Of a stretch of 64,000 nucleotides of DNA, positions 23,639 to 37,380 are shown piece by piece. Both the position numbers and the translations under genes were made by a program. This stretch comes from Phoronis australis (Eukaryota; Animalia; Phoronida): assembly GCA_002633005.1 (NCBI GenBank), contig NMRA01000132.1, forward strand, positions 124,001 to 188,000. Reading direction: 5' to 3'. Positions within the stretch are counted from its first letter, which is position 1, and each line of letters begins with the position of its first letter. Below the pieces are notes generated by a model that was not told the origin of the DNA, did not search any database, and saw only the letters and a list, made by a program, of their open reading frames with translations.

Positions 23639-25751
23639 AAAATGAAACGGACACTGTTGTTTGATTGCAATTCTTGTGGAATCTGTGAGAAATTAATGCG
23701 AGATAAAGCTTCCACAGTTCTTTGATTGCCAAGAGAGACTGAGCGCCGAAGTATTTCAAGTAAAGTGTGATGGGTTATAGACACGACCGATTTTCGGTGA
23801 TGTATTTAGTTGTGTTTGAAAATACAACGTTGGACTGATTGTTATACTTCTTCGACTCGAAGCTCTTACATAGCATTTCAACCCCAGGTTGGCATCCAAT
23901 AATCTTTGAAACCGATCAAAACTACTAAAATATGGTTATATAGTAGGCCTACAAAATAACGGAAACTGAAATCATTGACAAGTTTATAGGTATTTAGAAA
24001 ACGAAGAAATATTTGAAACTTTGGAAAATATTTGGCAAAACAGAAAACGATATTGTCTGTAGGATCTTGTCAAAAATATTCTTCTGTGTTACGCTTACAA
24101 GTGCGTGTCAGCCGATTTGTTATTCGCTTCTTTTTGTATTCACGGGACAGGTTGACGTGACTATGAAATCTAAAAACTAAAATTATAACTAACACAAGAA
24201 GCAAACATAGATGAATAATAAAACACAACACGAAGACTGTACTAACGGTTTACTTTTGACAACAATAATATGAAGTAACTGTCTATTTACAAACTTACGT
24301 ACGTCTCTAAACTATTAACAACTCACACTCATACACGTATTAGAGCTAGCAAAGCGCTGTAAAGAAATATATAAAACCAAGTTCCTGATATATAAACCTT
24401 TTGCACAGAACACCGACTACACATTGCTTGTACATGAGTTATACGGGAAGTCGTGGCGGCGGCCCTTGGAGGTACCGTCTCCAGCTTCTAATCCCTTGCA
24501 CGCAGACACATGTAGTTGTAGTTCACGCTTCGCTGATTATATACGCTAGACTCCACAACAAACCATAGTCAGTCTATTGACCTTATATGACAAAATACAA
24601 AAGGTGCTACACGTTTACTTGTCTACACACAGTGCCTAATTTACATGTATTATCTACCATTCTGCGCAGGACTCAATAAGTTGGTTATGTACAAGAGTGA
24701 AAATCATATCAAATTCACAAAAGTCGACCACAGTAAATTTTTACTGCAAAATATACCACTATTTCACTTTTAATTTATACATGTAATACGTAACAATACA
24801 ACATTAAATGAACTTTTATATAACACAGAGTTTTACATCTTGATTTAGTTGCAGACATGCTACAGTACAAGTTCACCTTTCCAGGTTTTCTGTCCTTATC
24901 CACTACAGAATCCTGTAAGTCGATCCAACGTTGAGGAGACTGAGCGTCAGAAGATAAGATTTATATACGAACGTTTCCTATCTCTTCTCGACCCCACGCA
25001 GAGGTTTTGTAGAAGTTTTCTCCTTTCCGTATAAAAGTGCTTGATTTCTAACAGATTTAGTTGTTTAAGAAAATGTTCCTTGAAGAAATCACATCAACAG
25101 TATAAGCTGCAAATTACGAATTTTCTGGCGTTTATTACAGGTTAAAGCAGTACATACCACTATCGGTAGGTGAGAATGCTTGAGCTTACCGGGCAAGTTG
25201 CGTATTTTGCCAGATGCCTACAAAACTATAGAACTTTGTAAAGTATATATTTTCTGAAAGTACAGAACCAGTAAGATTTGTTTTAGACTTTTCACTAATC
25301 AACCATTAACTGGGTCTCCCGATCATACATTTTCAGTAAAATCTAACAAAGAAATGTACATTCATAGCAAAACAACGGTATGAATAACACGTCCAAATTT
25401 CGGTTGATAAATTAAAATGTTCATAATGGCATCTCAAAAAAGATATTGCAGTTTTCTGAACTATCATTTCGTTTTCATTTGATGCAACATAATTTTTTTA
25501 ATAAAAATGAAAAAATTAGAATTTTGATAGCCCTCATGCATAAGTGGAACATTGTTAAAACAATTCTTAATAAAGTTTTGAAGAACCAAGCATAAAGAAT
25601 ACTATCTGAAAGTTTCAATTGGATCCGATCAGCCATTTATGTCATACGACGTTCTGAAGTTAAACTGACAAATATGGATATTTTTCCAAGGTCATACAGA
25701 GCAGGACCCTGAATTAATGGCAGATTGGTGAAAAGGGCTTTCTACTTTTTA

Positions 25752-25790
25752 AAAAGTCAACAATAAAAGTCAACAATAAAAGTCAACAAT
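25752..25790. repeat. 13-bp tandem repeat AAAAGTCAACAAT x3
   Basis: Three adjacent copies. Confidence 0.85.
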
Positions 25791-27243
25791 TATAACATTC
25801 AGCAGGCTTTCTGCTTTCAGAAAATATACACATCTATACAGTCAAAATCTATATTTTTGTGTATATTTGCCTAACATGAATACATAGACTTGTTGATAAG
25901 GTTCCCATAACCTGAAAATTTACAAAAGCTAGATTTTGCCCCACCTTACATGTACCTGCGGTATATGGATTTGGGGCACCGAGCACAAGCAATTACTTGG
26001 ATTGCAGAAGAAAGTTATAAACTCCTTCAGAGTCCTACGTAAAATTGAAGATTTAAAAAGGGACAAATTCCTTTAGACATATGACAACCTCATGCTACCA
26101 AACTATTTTCATACAACCGATATGGTTGCCCGATCAAGCACTTAATATCCCCATTTTGCAGAGGAACTTATTATAGACTAACCATTATTCAAAAACTCTA
26201 TTGAAAACTCCACACTGATGTGTTAGAAAACCTAATAAATAATCTTCCAAACTGTGTCTTTGGCCAGCCTCCTACACATTCGTTACGTGAACCAATACTT
26301 TGCGACGAATAACATCTTGGTTACAATAAAAGTTTCTCTTATTAGCTCCTTACTGTTTATTACAACTATTTTTTCTCATGAGCTACAATTTCCTTTTCAT
26401 GTCCGATTATTTCACTTTACTAACTCTACAACATCATCCCTACATGATCCATAGATGGCTCTGGGGCCAGTGGGCTCTAAAGTCCTACCAAAAGCTTTTC
26501 CTAAACCAAGTAATTACTAAATATTTCATTTGAATGTCACCTGAAACAAAACGCACGATTATTATTGAAAACCATAGTTTTCACTGAGAAATTGCTTTAA
26601 GCAATCGCTTTTGTCACTCAAACACGACCAAAGTGAGCCGTGGGGAGGCACAGTCTTGTGTATCCCCTGTATGGATAACTCATGCTCAAAGTAAAATTAA
26701 GACATTCCGAATAATATCAAATTTTTAGTTACTTCCTGCTAACATATAAGTTTCTATGAACTACGCAAAGACACGGATTAATCGGTGTAGCGTTTACTCC
26801 ATGTACGTCATGAAATCGTCCAAGTTTTCTGTGATTCCATGTCAATCAAAGAAACCATGGTTTGACCGCTAACTTTCTTCACCAGCTTCCACGCTATCAT
26901 TAGTTTCTTCTCTTTCACATTCTACCTGGGGCGCGTCCCGTGACGCAGGGAACTCGCAATACATTTGCTGCGAAAAATCTTGGCTTACGGAACGGAAATA
27001 GTGAATATGCTCCGATAATCCAACTCACCGTCCATTCGCTTTAATGGCGGCAATTTAGTCAACATGGTCTCGAGCTTACTCGCGAAAATTCGCGTGGATT
27101 TGCGAGAAACTCTCTCTATGGAACACACTTTGGCTAAACTTGTGATGGTTTACGCTCACAATGAGGTTAATTAATTCAGCACAGCTATTAATTATGGTGC
27201 CTGGCTGCACGTGGCATAATAATTATTATTCACGGATGTTCCG

Positions 27244-27327
27244 TTAAACCTCCGCCCCCTTCTTGGTGCCGTTCAGACGATTTAGTTTTTGCTTTACTTT
27301 CCAAGGCATCGTCGAATTCCTGAGTTT
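27244..27327 (-). CDS. DAT: DAT-like terminal coding exon (KLRNSTMPWKVKQKLNRLNGTKKGAEV*)
   Basis: Phase-0 acceptor ttttggtttgcag. TxPW resembles the invertebrate DAT C-tail. The hydrophobic C-terminal Val is PDZ-ligand-like. Stop TAA at 27246-27244. Confidence 0.75.
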   Translation of the reverse strand, partial: KLRNSTMPWKVKQKLNRLNGTKKGAEV

Positions 27328-28570
27328 CTGCAAACCAAAAAGCGACATATACACATTCATCAAACTGGTCTGATTAGAAACATCGACATGAGGTCGCTCC
27401 TAAGGCGACGAGTTTTACATATTTAAATACCAGGCACGTGTCCTTCGACAAAAATCTTTTGACTTAGAGTATTCACTCACACTAGTTTAACAGCGCAACT
27501 TGCTCCTTTGTCAAAATAAAATTTAAGTGTGATTTTCGAGTTTGGTAAACGGACGCTTGACGCTGTTGTTATGTATATCAAGACCTCCATAAACTCTGGA
27601 GATTTTCTAACATGTATTTGAAGTTTTACAAACGAGCTGGGAAGCAATTTAAAAAATTCTACTCTGATAGAATAGTAAAAATGACTGTTGGAAGGATCTG
27701 AGTAGTTTGTCAAGTACTGACATGGAATTGTCTTGAAGGCAGTAGAGAATCATGTCAAACTGCATACGGTTGACAGAACGTTGGGGCGCCAATGTCGAAA
27801 AAGGAATATTATTTTCAAAATTAATGTTTATTGTTAAATTATTTACTCAAAGTTTCATACTCCGCGACACAGTGCACCTATTTTTGTAAAAGTTATCAAG
27901 ATTGACAATTTCGTAAAACGTCTCAGCCGGCGTCACAAAACTAGAAGTTACAAGACTGTGGAGACTGACAAGTAATATCGTAAAAAAGAATCTAAAAACA
28001 CGTGACTATTTTATGCAAGAGTCCTTGAGGTGGTCGTTTGCAAAGTTTTCGAAATTCTCTCAAAATCTCTCTCTTTAATTGTTAAGAATGTGTTTCACAG
28101 TAATTGAACACCAACTCTGTAGATATTAAACGGATATCAAACTCGGTTTTGTCCTACCAACAGATACTAAAAACGATTTTCCCATCCAGTTCTCTGATGC
28201 AAATAATGCTCTCTAACCCTCGATAACACACATGCGCTTTGAGGAACACTTGAAAACTCCTTTCAAAGACTGCTAAACGTGCAAGCGTGAACTACGCTTT
28301 TAGCTAATTACGCGGCAATTGTGGGATAAGACCATAATGTCCAGTTTGTGAGATAGGGGTTTGAGTATCTAGTTGAGTCCTGCTTTTATCTTTGAAGATT
28401 GACGCCAATGATGCATCAGCAGGAAACAGAACGAGGCTTGGTTAAAATCATCAAAACAGGGTTTAGTATCCTTTTAAAATTTTATGGACTTTAACTTGCT
28501 TAAACACATTTCCGTCTTTCGTTTTAGTAACTTAGAGAGGGCGGAAAAGAAAGAAGGCACTCATACTAAC

Positions 28571-28741
28571 ATCAAAAAGCGTATTGCCATCTGTCGTAAT
28601 GAGTACGTAAATAGCCACGCCAGGGATGCACAATATAGATGAGAGCGCCATTAACCAACCGATCAGCTCTGCCCACCATGGGAACGTGTAGCCGTCGTAG
28701 ACAACGGGTTTGTACTCGACCAAACCGAAGATCACGATGAA
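28571..28741 (-). CDS. DAT: DAT-like exon, TM11-12 ([45 protein letters not shown]...LFD)
   Basis: Acceptor ctttccag and donor gttagt. Motif YxFPxWAxxxGW. Confidence 0.93.
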
Positions 28742-29044
28742 CTGGAAAGAAGAAGAAAAACATTGATTGACTGTCTGAAGAATGGAGAATAAAATTTTTG
28801 CGTTGAGAAAGGACATTCCACTGAATATCACGTCACTTTCATAATTCACTTCATGCACCTGTTTGTTGATCGCCGCCATTTTGTGTGTGCAAAGGTTGCT
28901 GGAAAACGTTTTTGGCGTTGGTGTGAAATTCCTCAGCAGTAAGGTATGCTGCGCTTTTTTCCTTTTTCTTTTTTATTTGAAATAAATCAATTATTTACAA
29001 AAGCCATGGTAATTTGAACTAAACACAGGCACACACACAGACAC

Positions 29045-29211
29045 CAGTGGCGAATTTAGGGGGGTCTTGAACAAATCCCGTTTACCGTTTTTTTTTTGTT
29101 CAAAAGGTCTGCAAACCCAAAAAATTCGAGACCCCTGGGCTCACGTGTCTGCCAAACTTCTGGTTATTCCTGTGCCCTGCCCCCCATCTCAAAATCCTGG
29201 ATACGCCCCTG
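29045..29211. mobile_element. MITE with 5-bp TSD (GACAC)
   Basis: Ends CAGTGGCGAATT / GGATACGCCCCTG with GACAC on both flanks. Related pieces near 92, 37835, 39255 and 44524. Confidence 0.75.
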
Positions 29212-30755
29212 GACACACATTCACACATCCCCCGGAAACCAGAAAAAGGAAAGAAACAACTAAGAAAAAATGGTATTATAGGAGCTCATCTGCTCTTGAA
29301 ATCGTCATGTTGGCTATTATTGTAATTTATATATTTTTCAATTACACAATAATTGTGAAATTACGTTTTAAAGCTTTCAAGAAATGGTGTTCTCATCGCC
29401 ACCTTTTGTTTGTAAATATGAAACTTTACGAGACACAAAAGAAGATTAATGATCTTTGGCTCATTTGATTTGACAAAAATAACTTCAACGCAGCTAAGTT
29501 GGAGAGATAAGTTACATTCGTTACATATCCAACGATCGACAGATTTCCAAAATGCAGAAACAAGTTCACAAACATGTCTAACAAATGTACAATGTCAGCG
29601 TGGAAAAAAGTACAGAGCTCTGCGATCGAAATACCAATTTCAAGCCATTCGTACCAAATATTCTATGAGTTAACCGAATTTGGAACCACTTGACTCTAGG
29701 TGTGCTCTGTTTTGGTGCGATAATCAGAGCAATCAAAAAGGACATAGTTTTGACTATCACTTGCAGACTTAGCAGATCGATAAAAGTCTACTAAGGTGAT
29801 CAAATTTCTTAAAAAGATCAGTAATGTACACAATTTTCAATCCTCAAAACGCATTCCGTCTCAATCCGAAAATGTTTGGTGTAAAATATTTTAGTGAAAT
29901 TGTTCCAGTTTATCTGACGGCAAACATTACCTTTAGATCTTTTTACCCTTTAAACTGTAAAGCTTTCCATTTCAATTTAAACCAACCCCAACTTTAATTT
30001 CAAAATGATTGTACGAAAGGTCTGAGCTCCACGTGCGAGTGTTTTTTTTTATTGAAATCCGTTTTTTCGGACACAAGTTACTTTTTGAATGTTAGACACA
30101 ACGACACGCCATGATATGCCTTTGACGGCAAAAACATGTTTTGTCACTCAATAAACACGGAAACAGCAATTGGCATGAACAATGGTATTTTTTCGAAATA
30201 TCTGCCCTTCGGACTATTGGCCCTTCGCCGGAATACATTTGCTATGGGAATTTCATTTCGGGCTATTGAGTAATTCTTGCTTTTTGTGCGAGCTAAGTGA
30301 TACAACACGATGTCGAACTGTATGTTTAGAGCTTGAGGACATCCACGAAGTCTAACTTATTCAATAACACACCACCTTCATAGAGGATATTCCCACAGCG
30401 AGATCCAAAACAATACCCATACTGCTTTGCGTGACCTGTGGCGCCATGCCAGAGAACAATTACAGTTAAAGTGTAGGCTATCGTGAACGATCATTACTAC
30501 TGTAGCAGATTACTGAGGGGAGACTCCCATCAATCAAGGAATCAAGGATATACATGTATGTACCCCACTTACACGAACATTTTTAAGTCATCTATTTGTG
30601 AATCACACCTGCATATGGAAAGAAAACAACGTTTGTGATGGAACCTTGTTTCCTTTCAGCTGGCCGGAAAAACAAACCCGAGTACTGAATGTGAGCGAAC
30701 TGCAGCTTTAAGTACATGTAGGCTAACAGTGACAGAGAAATTAAGACGTACTTAC

Positions 30756-30856
30756 AAGGATAAACATTGGCGCGATAAACGCCCAACATATTCGCCAGTA
30801 CATGCCAGGAGAAAAGCCCATCATTTGTTTGATGTCGTCACTGAATTGGCTCACCC
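30756..30856 (-). CDS. DAT: DAT-like exon ([33 protein letters not shown])
   Basis: Acceptor cttgtag and donor gtaagt. Motif DIxxMxGxxPGxYWRxCW. Confidence 0.93.
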
Positions 30857-31009
30857 CTACAAGACAAATATTTCAAGTCTCAAACACAATACAGTTGTAG
30901 TTTGCGAAATCTTTGAGCACACCAACGTCCGTATATCTCATGGTGGCTTGAATTATGGAAATTTTTAGAAACTGAATTTTACTTTATTCGGCACTTTTCT
31001 ACACCTTAC

Positions 31010-31109
31010 CGTAAAACCAGGAGACGACGAGCGTTTCAAAGAAGACAGCGATGAGAATGGAATACCCTGCAGCAAACCGCTCCATTAACGTCACCACGTA
31101 CATTCCTCC
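31010..31109 (-). CDS. DAT: DAT-like exon ([33 protein letters not shown])
   Basis: Acceptor gtgtag and donor gtaagg. TM10 motif, found by manual translation. Confidence 0.92.
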
Positions 31110-32054
31110 CTACACAACAGTAAAACATAGAAACCAATTATTATAGTTAATATGCGCTTCTAACCTCTTTGCATCCGTTGTGCATGCACAACCGTAACCA
31201 TAAATCCTGAAATGTATTAGACCATGTTGTTAAAGTTTCAGACTGTCTCAGCATTTCTGATACACATCAAAACGCCCGGATAACTGACACTTTTCTGGGT
31301 TGATAGTTTTCCTCGGCGGTAAAACCTAAAACACTCTCAAACCAGAGTGAAATTCGTGATGTAAAAATACTGACCCTTTTGATATTGACCCTGATGGCAA
31401 AATCAGTCGTCAAAAATGAGATTCGCTCGGCGTCATACAAGAAAGCCTACTTGATGGTCCCTACAACAGAAGACCTCTGGGAGAAAATCCTGCACTGACT
31501 GCGTCCCATGGAACTTTGTCGAGAATGCAGTGGCAAATCTCCACGAATCCAGGAATGAAGTTGTGTGAAACCAAGGCTGGGGACCACCAGAATTATAGAA
31601 TTCAAGACCAACGCCATCTTGTGAAAATTTTCTCGAATTCCGCCACGCAGTTTGGCAGGTAACGAGTCTCGTCGGACTCCAGACGCACAGTCAACTCCTC
31701 GCAGAGTTGAACGGAAGTCATTGCCATTCCTGTGTATTCCACGTCAAACTCCAACCTCGAGAGGTCACGACTGATACTGCTGTGTGTTGGAAATTATCTG
31801 TTCTTAATTAAATATCATGAATTTCTCTACAGGCATTGAAGTAAGACGATTTCAGTACAGAATCTTTCATAGAATTCTCAAAAAGATCTTAATGCAAATT
31901 CATATTTTTGTAAGTTACACGCGTCTTTAATTCTTCTGTATGGAGTTTGTGAATCAGTTCCATAAACTTTCAAAGCAAGCTTGTTTTTACGATGTGAATG
32001 TAACAGAAATTATACATTCCGTCTGAAAATTGATGACCAACATTCGACTATTAA

Positions 32055-32539
32055 GGTTATATGGGTCTCTAGTAGAAAAATTTCCAAATATGGCGAACTT
32101 CGGAATATCACATCTCAAAAATGGCTGATCGGATTCAAATGAAATTTTCATATGCGCACTGTTCTCTAAACGCCTGTGGGAATTGAGTAATCAATTTACG
32201 GAAAAATGCTAAAAATAGGACTTTTATGATGGTTATGAAAAAACTCAAGAGTTGCAAAAACGAAAATGAAATGATAATTTAAAAACTGTAACAGCATTTT
32301 TGTGATTTTATGTCGAGCATTTCACATGTATATCTAATGAAATTTGGACATGTTCCTGATACCGTTGTTTTGCTATGAATGTAACTTTCATTTTGGCTAA
32401 ATTTTTCTAATGATATATTGGTAAAAAGTGAAAATTCAAATTTTGCAGGCCTTCTACTTTCAGAAAATACATAGTTTCGCTGATTTAAATTCTATGGTTT
32501 TGTAGATGGCAGGCTGAATGCATCGACTTGTGGATAACC
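32055..32539. mobile_element. Non-autonomous element with TTAA flanks (Kolobok-like)
   Basis: TTAA|GGTTAT...ATAACC|TTAA. The interior is shared with diverged copies at about 25200-25700, 37560-38200 and 45700-46160. Confidence 0.6.
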
Positions 32540-32892
32540 TTAACCTCGTTTTAATTTTAACTTTCATATTACCAGACAACAACTAGACAGGGGTATGTCG
32601 TCTATCAAAAAATCATATTAGAACTTTATATGAAAAAACAAAGCACATTTTCTTTAAAAATGGATAATTTCTTAAATTTCTGAAAAGATGAGGAAACAGA
32701 AGAAATATTGGAGAAAACTTTTAGTCTTAAGTGTCTACAACCCATAGATTATTTCTCCTTGACTATAACAACCTATTGAAAGGAATAGCTAGATCGTTTC
32801 TTAAATACAGATATAAGTCTGCTGCTTACAATAAACGTTGGACAATCTAGCACACGGCCTGTTAAGGTTTGTGGCCAACACCAAGAACTTAC

Positions 32893-33021
32893 GTAGGTGC
32901 AACTTGCAAGGCCAACAAGGAAGTAGAGGCTAAAAAGACCACCCACGAAGATCTCTCTATGCTTCTTGATCAGAGGTATCTCGTCGCTCAACGCTGTGAT
33001 AATGGCTTCAGAACCTCCAAA
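32893..33021 (-). CDS. DAT: DAT-like exon ([43 protein letters not shown])
   Basis: Acceptor gtttcag and donor gtaagt. [14 protein letters not shown] matches insect DAT. Confidence 0.95.
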
Positions 33022-33358
33022 CTGAAACAGCAAATTGATACGCTACAACTCTCAATACCATACGCAAGCCTGATCTTACGTCTAATCAATGGACGCTTGG
33101 AAGACGTTTTATGGCAATCAATCAACATGGGCAAACGTCTCACGTCATCCACAGAGTTTCTTTGCAGTGTTTTAGACCCGTTGAATAAAAGAAGGGAAAT
33201 TAATTAAACTTCTAATACGACTCACACGCATACCAGCTCACGATACCATCAAAACCAATGATATAACACACAAGACAAGTCTGTAAATCCTTATTATTTG
33301 TTGCAACTTATACATGTTTCTTACGTCTTGCTGTTCCTCACGCCATTATGCAACTTAC

Positions 33359-33471
33359 TGAGCTATCAAGGCCAAGAGTCAGCAACATCAAAAAGAATAT
33401 CAGAGACCAGACGGTGGAACCAGGTAACGTCGCAATGGCTTCTGGGTAAACGGTGAATACGAGTCCCGGGC
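33359..33471 (-). CDS. DAT: DAT-like exon ([38 protein letters not shown])
   Basis: Acceptor tttcag and donor gtaagt. GPGLxFxxYPEA and LGLDS motifs. Confidence 0.95.
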
Positions 33472-33939
33472 CTGAAAAATAAGAAATGACTCCTTGCTGC
33501 CTAGAGTGATCCCCACGAAGACGTGCACCAAGTCCGCTTTTGTTTTCGATGCAAAACCCGCACATTTGTTACTAGTGAAATTAATAACAAATTATGTCGA
33601 AAAGTCCAACAGAAACAGGATTTATGAAAAACAATACCAGTACATGTGTCTGGTACTTCAAGGGAGCAATATCATTTGACAGTGTGTCTTGTATGAGTAT
33701 GCAAGTATCGTAGATTGAAAAGCACAAATCATTGTTCTTATAACCACAGAGCAGTTCAACGTGTATGTTATAACAGAAGAGAGTATACATGTACTCTTGC
33801 AAATGTGATAGTAGGTTCGGAAACAAAAAAAAAATTAAATTCGCTGACCATTCTATAACAAAGGCCTTCTGTGGCTACTGTGTCAACAGTGAGATTGGAA
33901 ACAAAAAATCGATTTCGCTGACCATTCAATAACATGTAC

Positions 33940-34064
33940 CTTCTGTGGCCACTGTATCAACGGTCTGATCCGTCTTGTACGCCATGTAGCCGAGGATGGA
34001 GAAGATGACGAATCCGGACAGGAAGCTGGTTGCACAATTCACGATACTTGTTGCTATGGCATCT
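33940..34064 (-). CDS. DAT: DAT-like exon, TM7 ([41 protein letters not shown])
   Basis: Acceptor ttacag and donor AAG|gtacat. Motif NxxTSFxxGFxIFSxLGYM. Confidence 0.93.
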
Positions 34065-35304
34065 CTGTAAGTCGCATGTATAAGTTACGACTCACGGGCT
34101 AAACCCTTTAGCCAGAATGACAAAATAACGTACTGCAGACAACGTGTCAAAATGTTTTTCTAAAGTTTAATCCAGTACGCACAATCCATTCATGGTCATT
34201 TATTTATCCACTAGTTCTAGGGAATGTCTGCTCGCTGCAGAGAGAATGTATGGACGTTCTGTGATCAGTGCTACTACGTTTTCGTAAGATAGACATGCAA
34301 GATTTTAATTTCCAATGATATGAAACTCTGCACTGACCCACCACTTCTGATTCTTTGCAGTTTAAACTCCAGACTTTTGCTAAGTTTTTGCTAAAAAGAG
34401 CGTGTCGCTAAATTTTGTGAAACCAAAGGTACAATGTTTAGAAACGGGTGTCTTAATGAGGCATAGAACGCGAAAGCTGATCAAAAAGATCTCTTAAACC
34501 ATTCCTGACGAAAGTACCATCTCGCAACGCCTACTACAGAGTTATTCACTTTCCCCTGTGGGGGAATTTCCACCAAAAATCACAAAGTTCACGACTTTGA
34601 CAAACGCGTGAAGGAAAAACTCTGTAGTCACCACCGAGTTCTTAATCGTCCTCTCACTTATGATAAATACGCGCATGCTCTCACAGTCATTCGGCAAACA
34701 GCTGACTGTGTTGATACCACAGCATGAGCAAGCCAGTGAAGAAATGTATTTCCCAAAGAAAATTCCACGTGGATTTTAGATTATATTGGAATACCACGAT
34801 ACATGTACTTTTATAAGTAGTTTTAAACACAAATTGCCTCTTAATGGGAGTGTTGTTTGGAGTCGCCATACATGAAATGTCAAAGGTCACATTTTCCATG
34901 TAAGGGATATGCGCTACCTCTGTATCTTGTCATACCAAATGAGGAGACGTGCTATGCCTTGTGGGAGAAAAATCAACGAAGTGACGAGTAGCTGACAGTT
35001 TTTTCTCCAATTTGAAACTAAAAGGAAAATGCTTTGACAGCAACATAAATTCAAAAGTTTTACAAGCAAACAGTAAAAATATCCGGATAACATGTTGAAT
35101 TCTGTTTCAGTGCTGTTTTTCGCGTTCGAGGCCTCCTTAACAAATGGTGAGAAGTGGTACTTTGGAAATGAAAAATAATTAAGTTGTTTTCAATTATATT
35201 GCCATGGTGTTCTCTCCAAAATTGTTTACCATGGCCACTCAGACATTATCAGCCCATAATACGCACACCATGAGCTTCGATTAATTCAAAACTGTTCAGA
35301 TTAC

Positions 35305-35408
35305 CTGTACACATTGTTGTGAAATTTGTTGTAACTTGCAAACGCTAGCAAAACACCAAAGCCGGGTCCGAGAGAGAAGAATACTTGCGTAGCAGCATCG
35401 ACCCAAAC
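35305..35408 (-). CDS. DAT: DAT-like exon, TM6 ([34 protein letters not shown])
   Basis: Acceptor acgcag and donor gtaatc. Highly conserved TM6 motif. Not in the ORF track in this frame. Confidence 0.95.
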
Positions 35409-35786
35409 CTGCGTAATGGGAACCAGTAGATTGGTGGATATAGTCGGCAAGTTTTACAACATTCATTGGCATCAATCCCACAAGTGAGGTTTTCAAAGTG
35501 ATCGTGACATTCGTTCTGACGCACGCCAAAACTATGATTTTTCAATCAAACGGGTGAATTTGATCAGGTCTAGAACGCATTATTTCAACTGTAACTTCAT
35601 AACCTGAAATTTGCAATTTATGCCTTTTGAGTCCACGTGAGGCTTTGGAAATCATTCACACACACACACCTGTGACCGGATTCAGTTCTAAAACGCATTA
35701 TTTCAACCATAACTTATTCGTGCGCATCCAAAAATTTGCAATTTATGCTTAGGGATCCACGTGAATGCTAGGCCCATCATACACAC

Positions 35787-35921
35787 CTGTGATTCAACGA
35801 GACGTTCCCATTTAGGTGTCAGATAATATTTTATGCCCACGTCGGCACCAGGTAAAGTTACACCACGAATCAGCAAGATGAAGAGGACGACGTACGGAAA
35901 CACAGCCGTGAACCAGACGAC
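35787..35921 (-). CDS. DAT: DAT-like exon ([45 protein letters not shown])
   Basis: Acceptor ttgtag and donor gtgtgt. TM5 motif RGVTLPGA. Confidence 0.95.
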
Positions 35922-37241
35922 CTACAACAGAGTTACAAAACCGGTCACATCGTTACAAGACACAGACGTGTGCAACTCCACGTGTTTCACGCTACAGCTG
36001 TCCCTTCTGGCAAAAGGTTCTGTCACGGTGGCATCCTTAACAAATTCAGCTACTGTCCAGTTCTGGTATCTCGGAGCAATGTAAGGAACCGTACTCTCAC
36101 CGTCGGTGATAGAGCGGCAGATCAAGCACTTGACATAGATGAACTAGGTACCAACGTCTGACCACGGGAGCTCAGTCGTGCCACACTGAGCACCGAATGA
36201 CCCATGTCAGACATATTGCACTCTGGAAAGGTTCCGTAAGAAACCCAAAAAGGCCCCCAAAATTGAGGTAGCTCAAGCATGCAAGGTACCACAAAAACAT
36301 TTTCATACAATTCAGTACATGTCACTAATAACTAAACTAAAGGCTGTAGATAGGGCCCGCCAGAAACCGTAAAAAATACCATCCGTTCAAAGCTGTTAAA
36401 ATTTTGAGTTGGATTAGATATCCGAAGTCGACATTAATTAAAAACGAACAATCGGTATTACCGCGAAGACCGAACGAAAATTCGCACCCTGGAACCTACC
36501 CCCAGAAAATTCAGAAGGACTCCCCAAAGATGATCGACCTTAAACAATTGAGGTACTACAAGAAACAACTGAAAATGAATCGGTACACCGCACACTTGGG
36601 ACTACACCAGCAGAAAAATAAATATATTTGGTTTTAGCCTGCCACCAACATTACATGGTGTAGAAGGGAAAACATTTTCACAGCGAATGCGCATAATGAA
36701 TAATAAAACTAACAAATGACTTATCGGCCAAGGGCAGTTTTTTTGCAGTGGGGGAAAATATTTGGGTGCCGAAGTTCATATTTATGCTCCCTCCCACCGA
36801 GGAGCAGTCGAGGCCACCTGCTTTATCCAGGGTCACTTTGTTTCTTATTTATTTTTACTGACAACTGGGGAGTTTATTGATTGTGAAACTTAAAAGAAAT
36901 GCATAAATTATATATCGATGTGTTCAATCATACTCTTTCTCTCCATAACTGAGCTCGGTGAATTTTCAATTTGTCTTAGTGATTGTAACATTGAACAAAA
37001 ATCGTACCCATGTCGCTGGCCAACTCAATAGCTCGAGAGGAAACAAAACGTTTGAAAACCCGCAAAGAAAAATCTTGGTTTTGGAGTTGAATCAAAAAGA
37101 CAGAGGCAAAGTGTGAAGGAATGTCAGCAATGGAAGGGCAACATTTCCGCCATTCCCCGGTTGGTGACTTACATCACGAATACGTTACCAAGACAACGCG
37201 GATAACGTACGTAGCATAGGAGGGTAAAATGAGCAACTGAC

Positions 37242-37380
37242 CTTTCCTGATGTGGAGATCCCTTTCCAAAGGCTGAAGTAACAGATGATGTACACAGCCA
37301 AAAGACACAACATCAGCTGCCATTTTATCGTCCCGAGATTTTCCAACCCAGAACTTCTGAAAATTTCTAGAACTCCGCGC
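37242..37380 (-). CDS. DAT: DAT-like exon ([46 protein letters not shown])
   Basis: Acceptor cacatag and donor gtcagt. SLC6 motif YFSLWKGxxTSGK. Confidence 0.95.
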
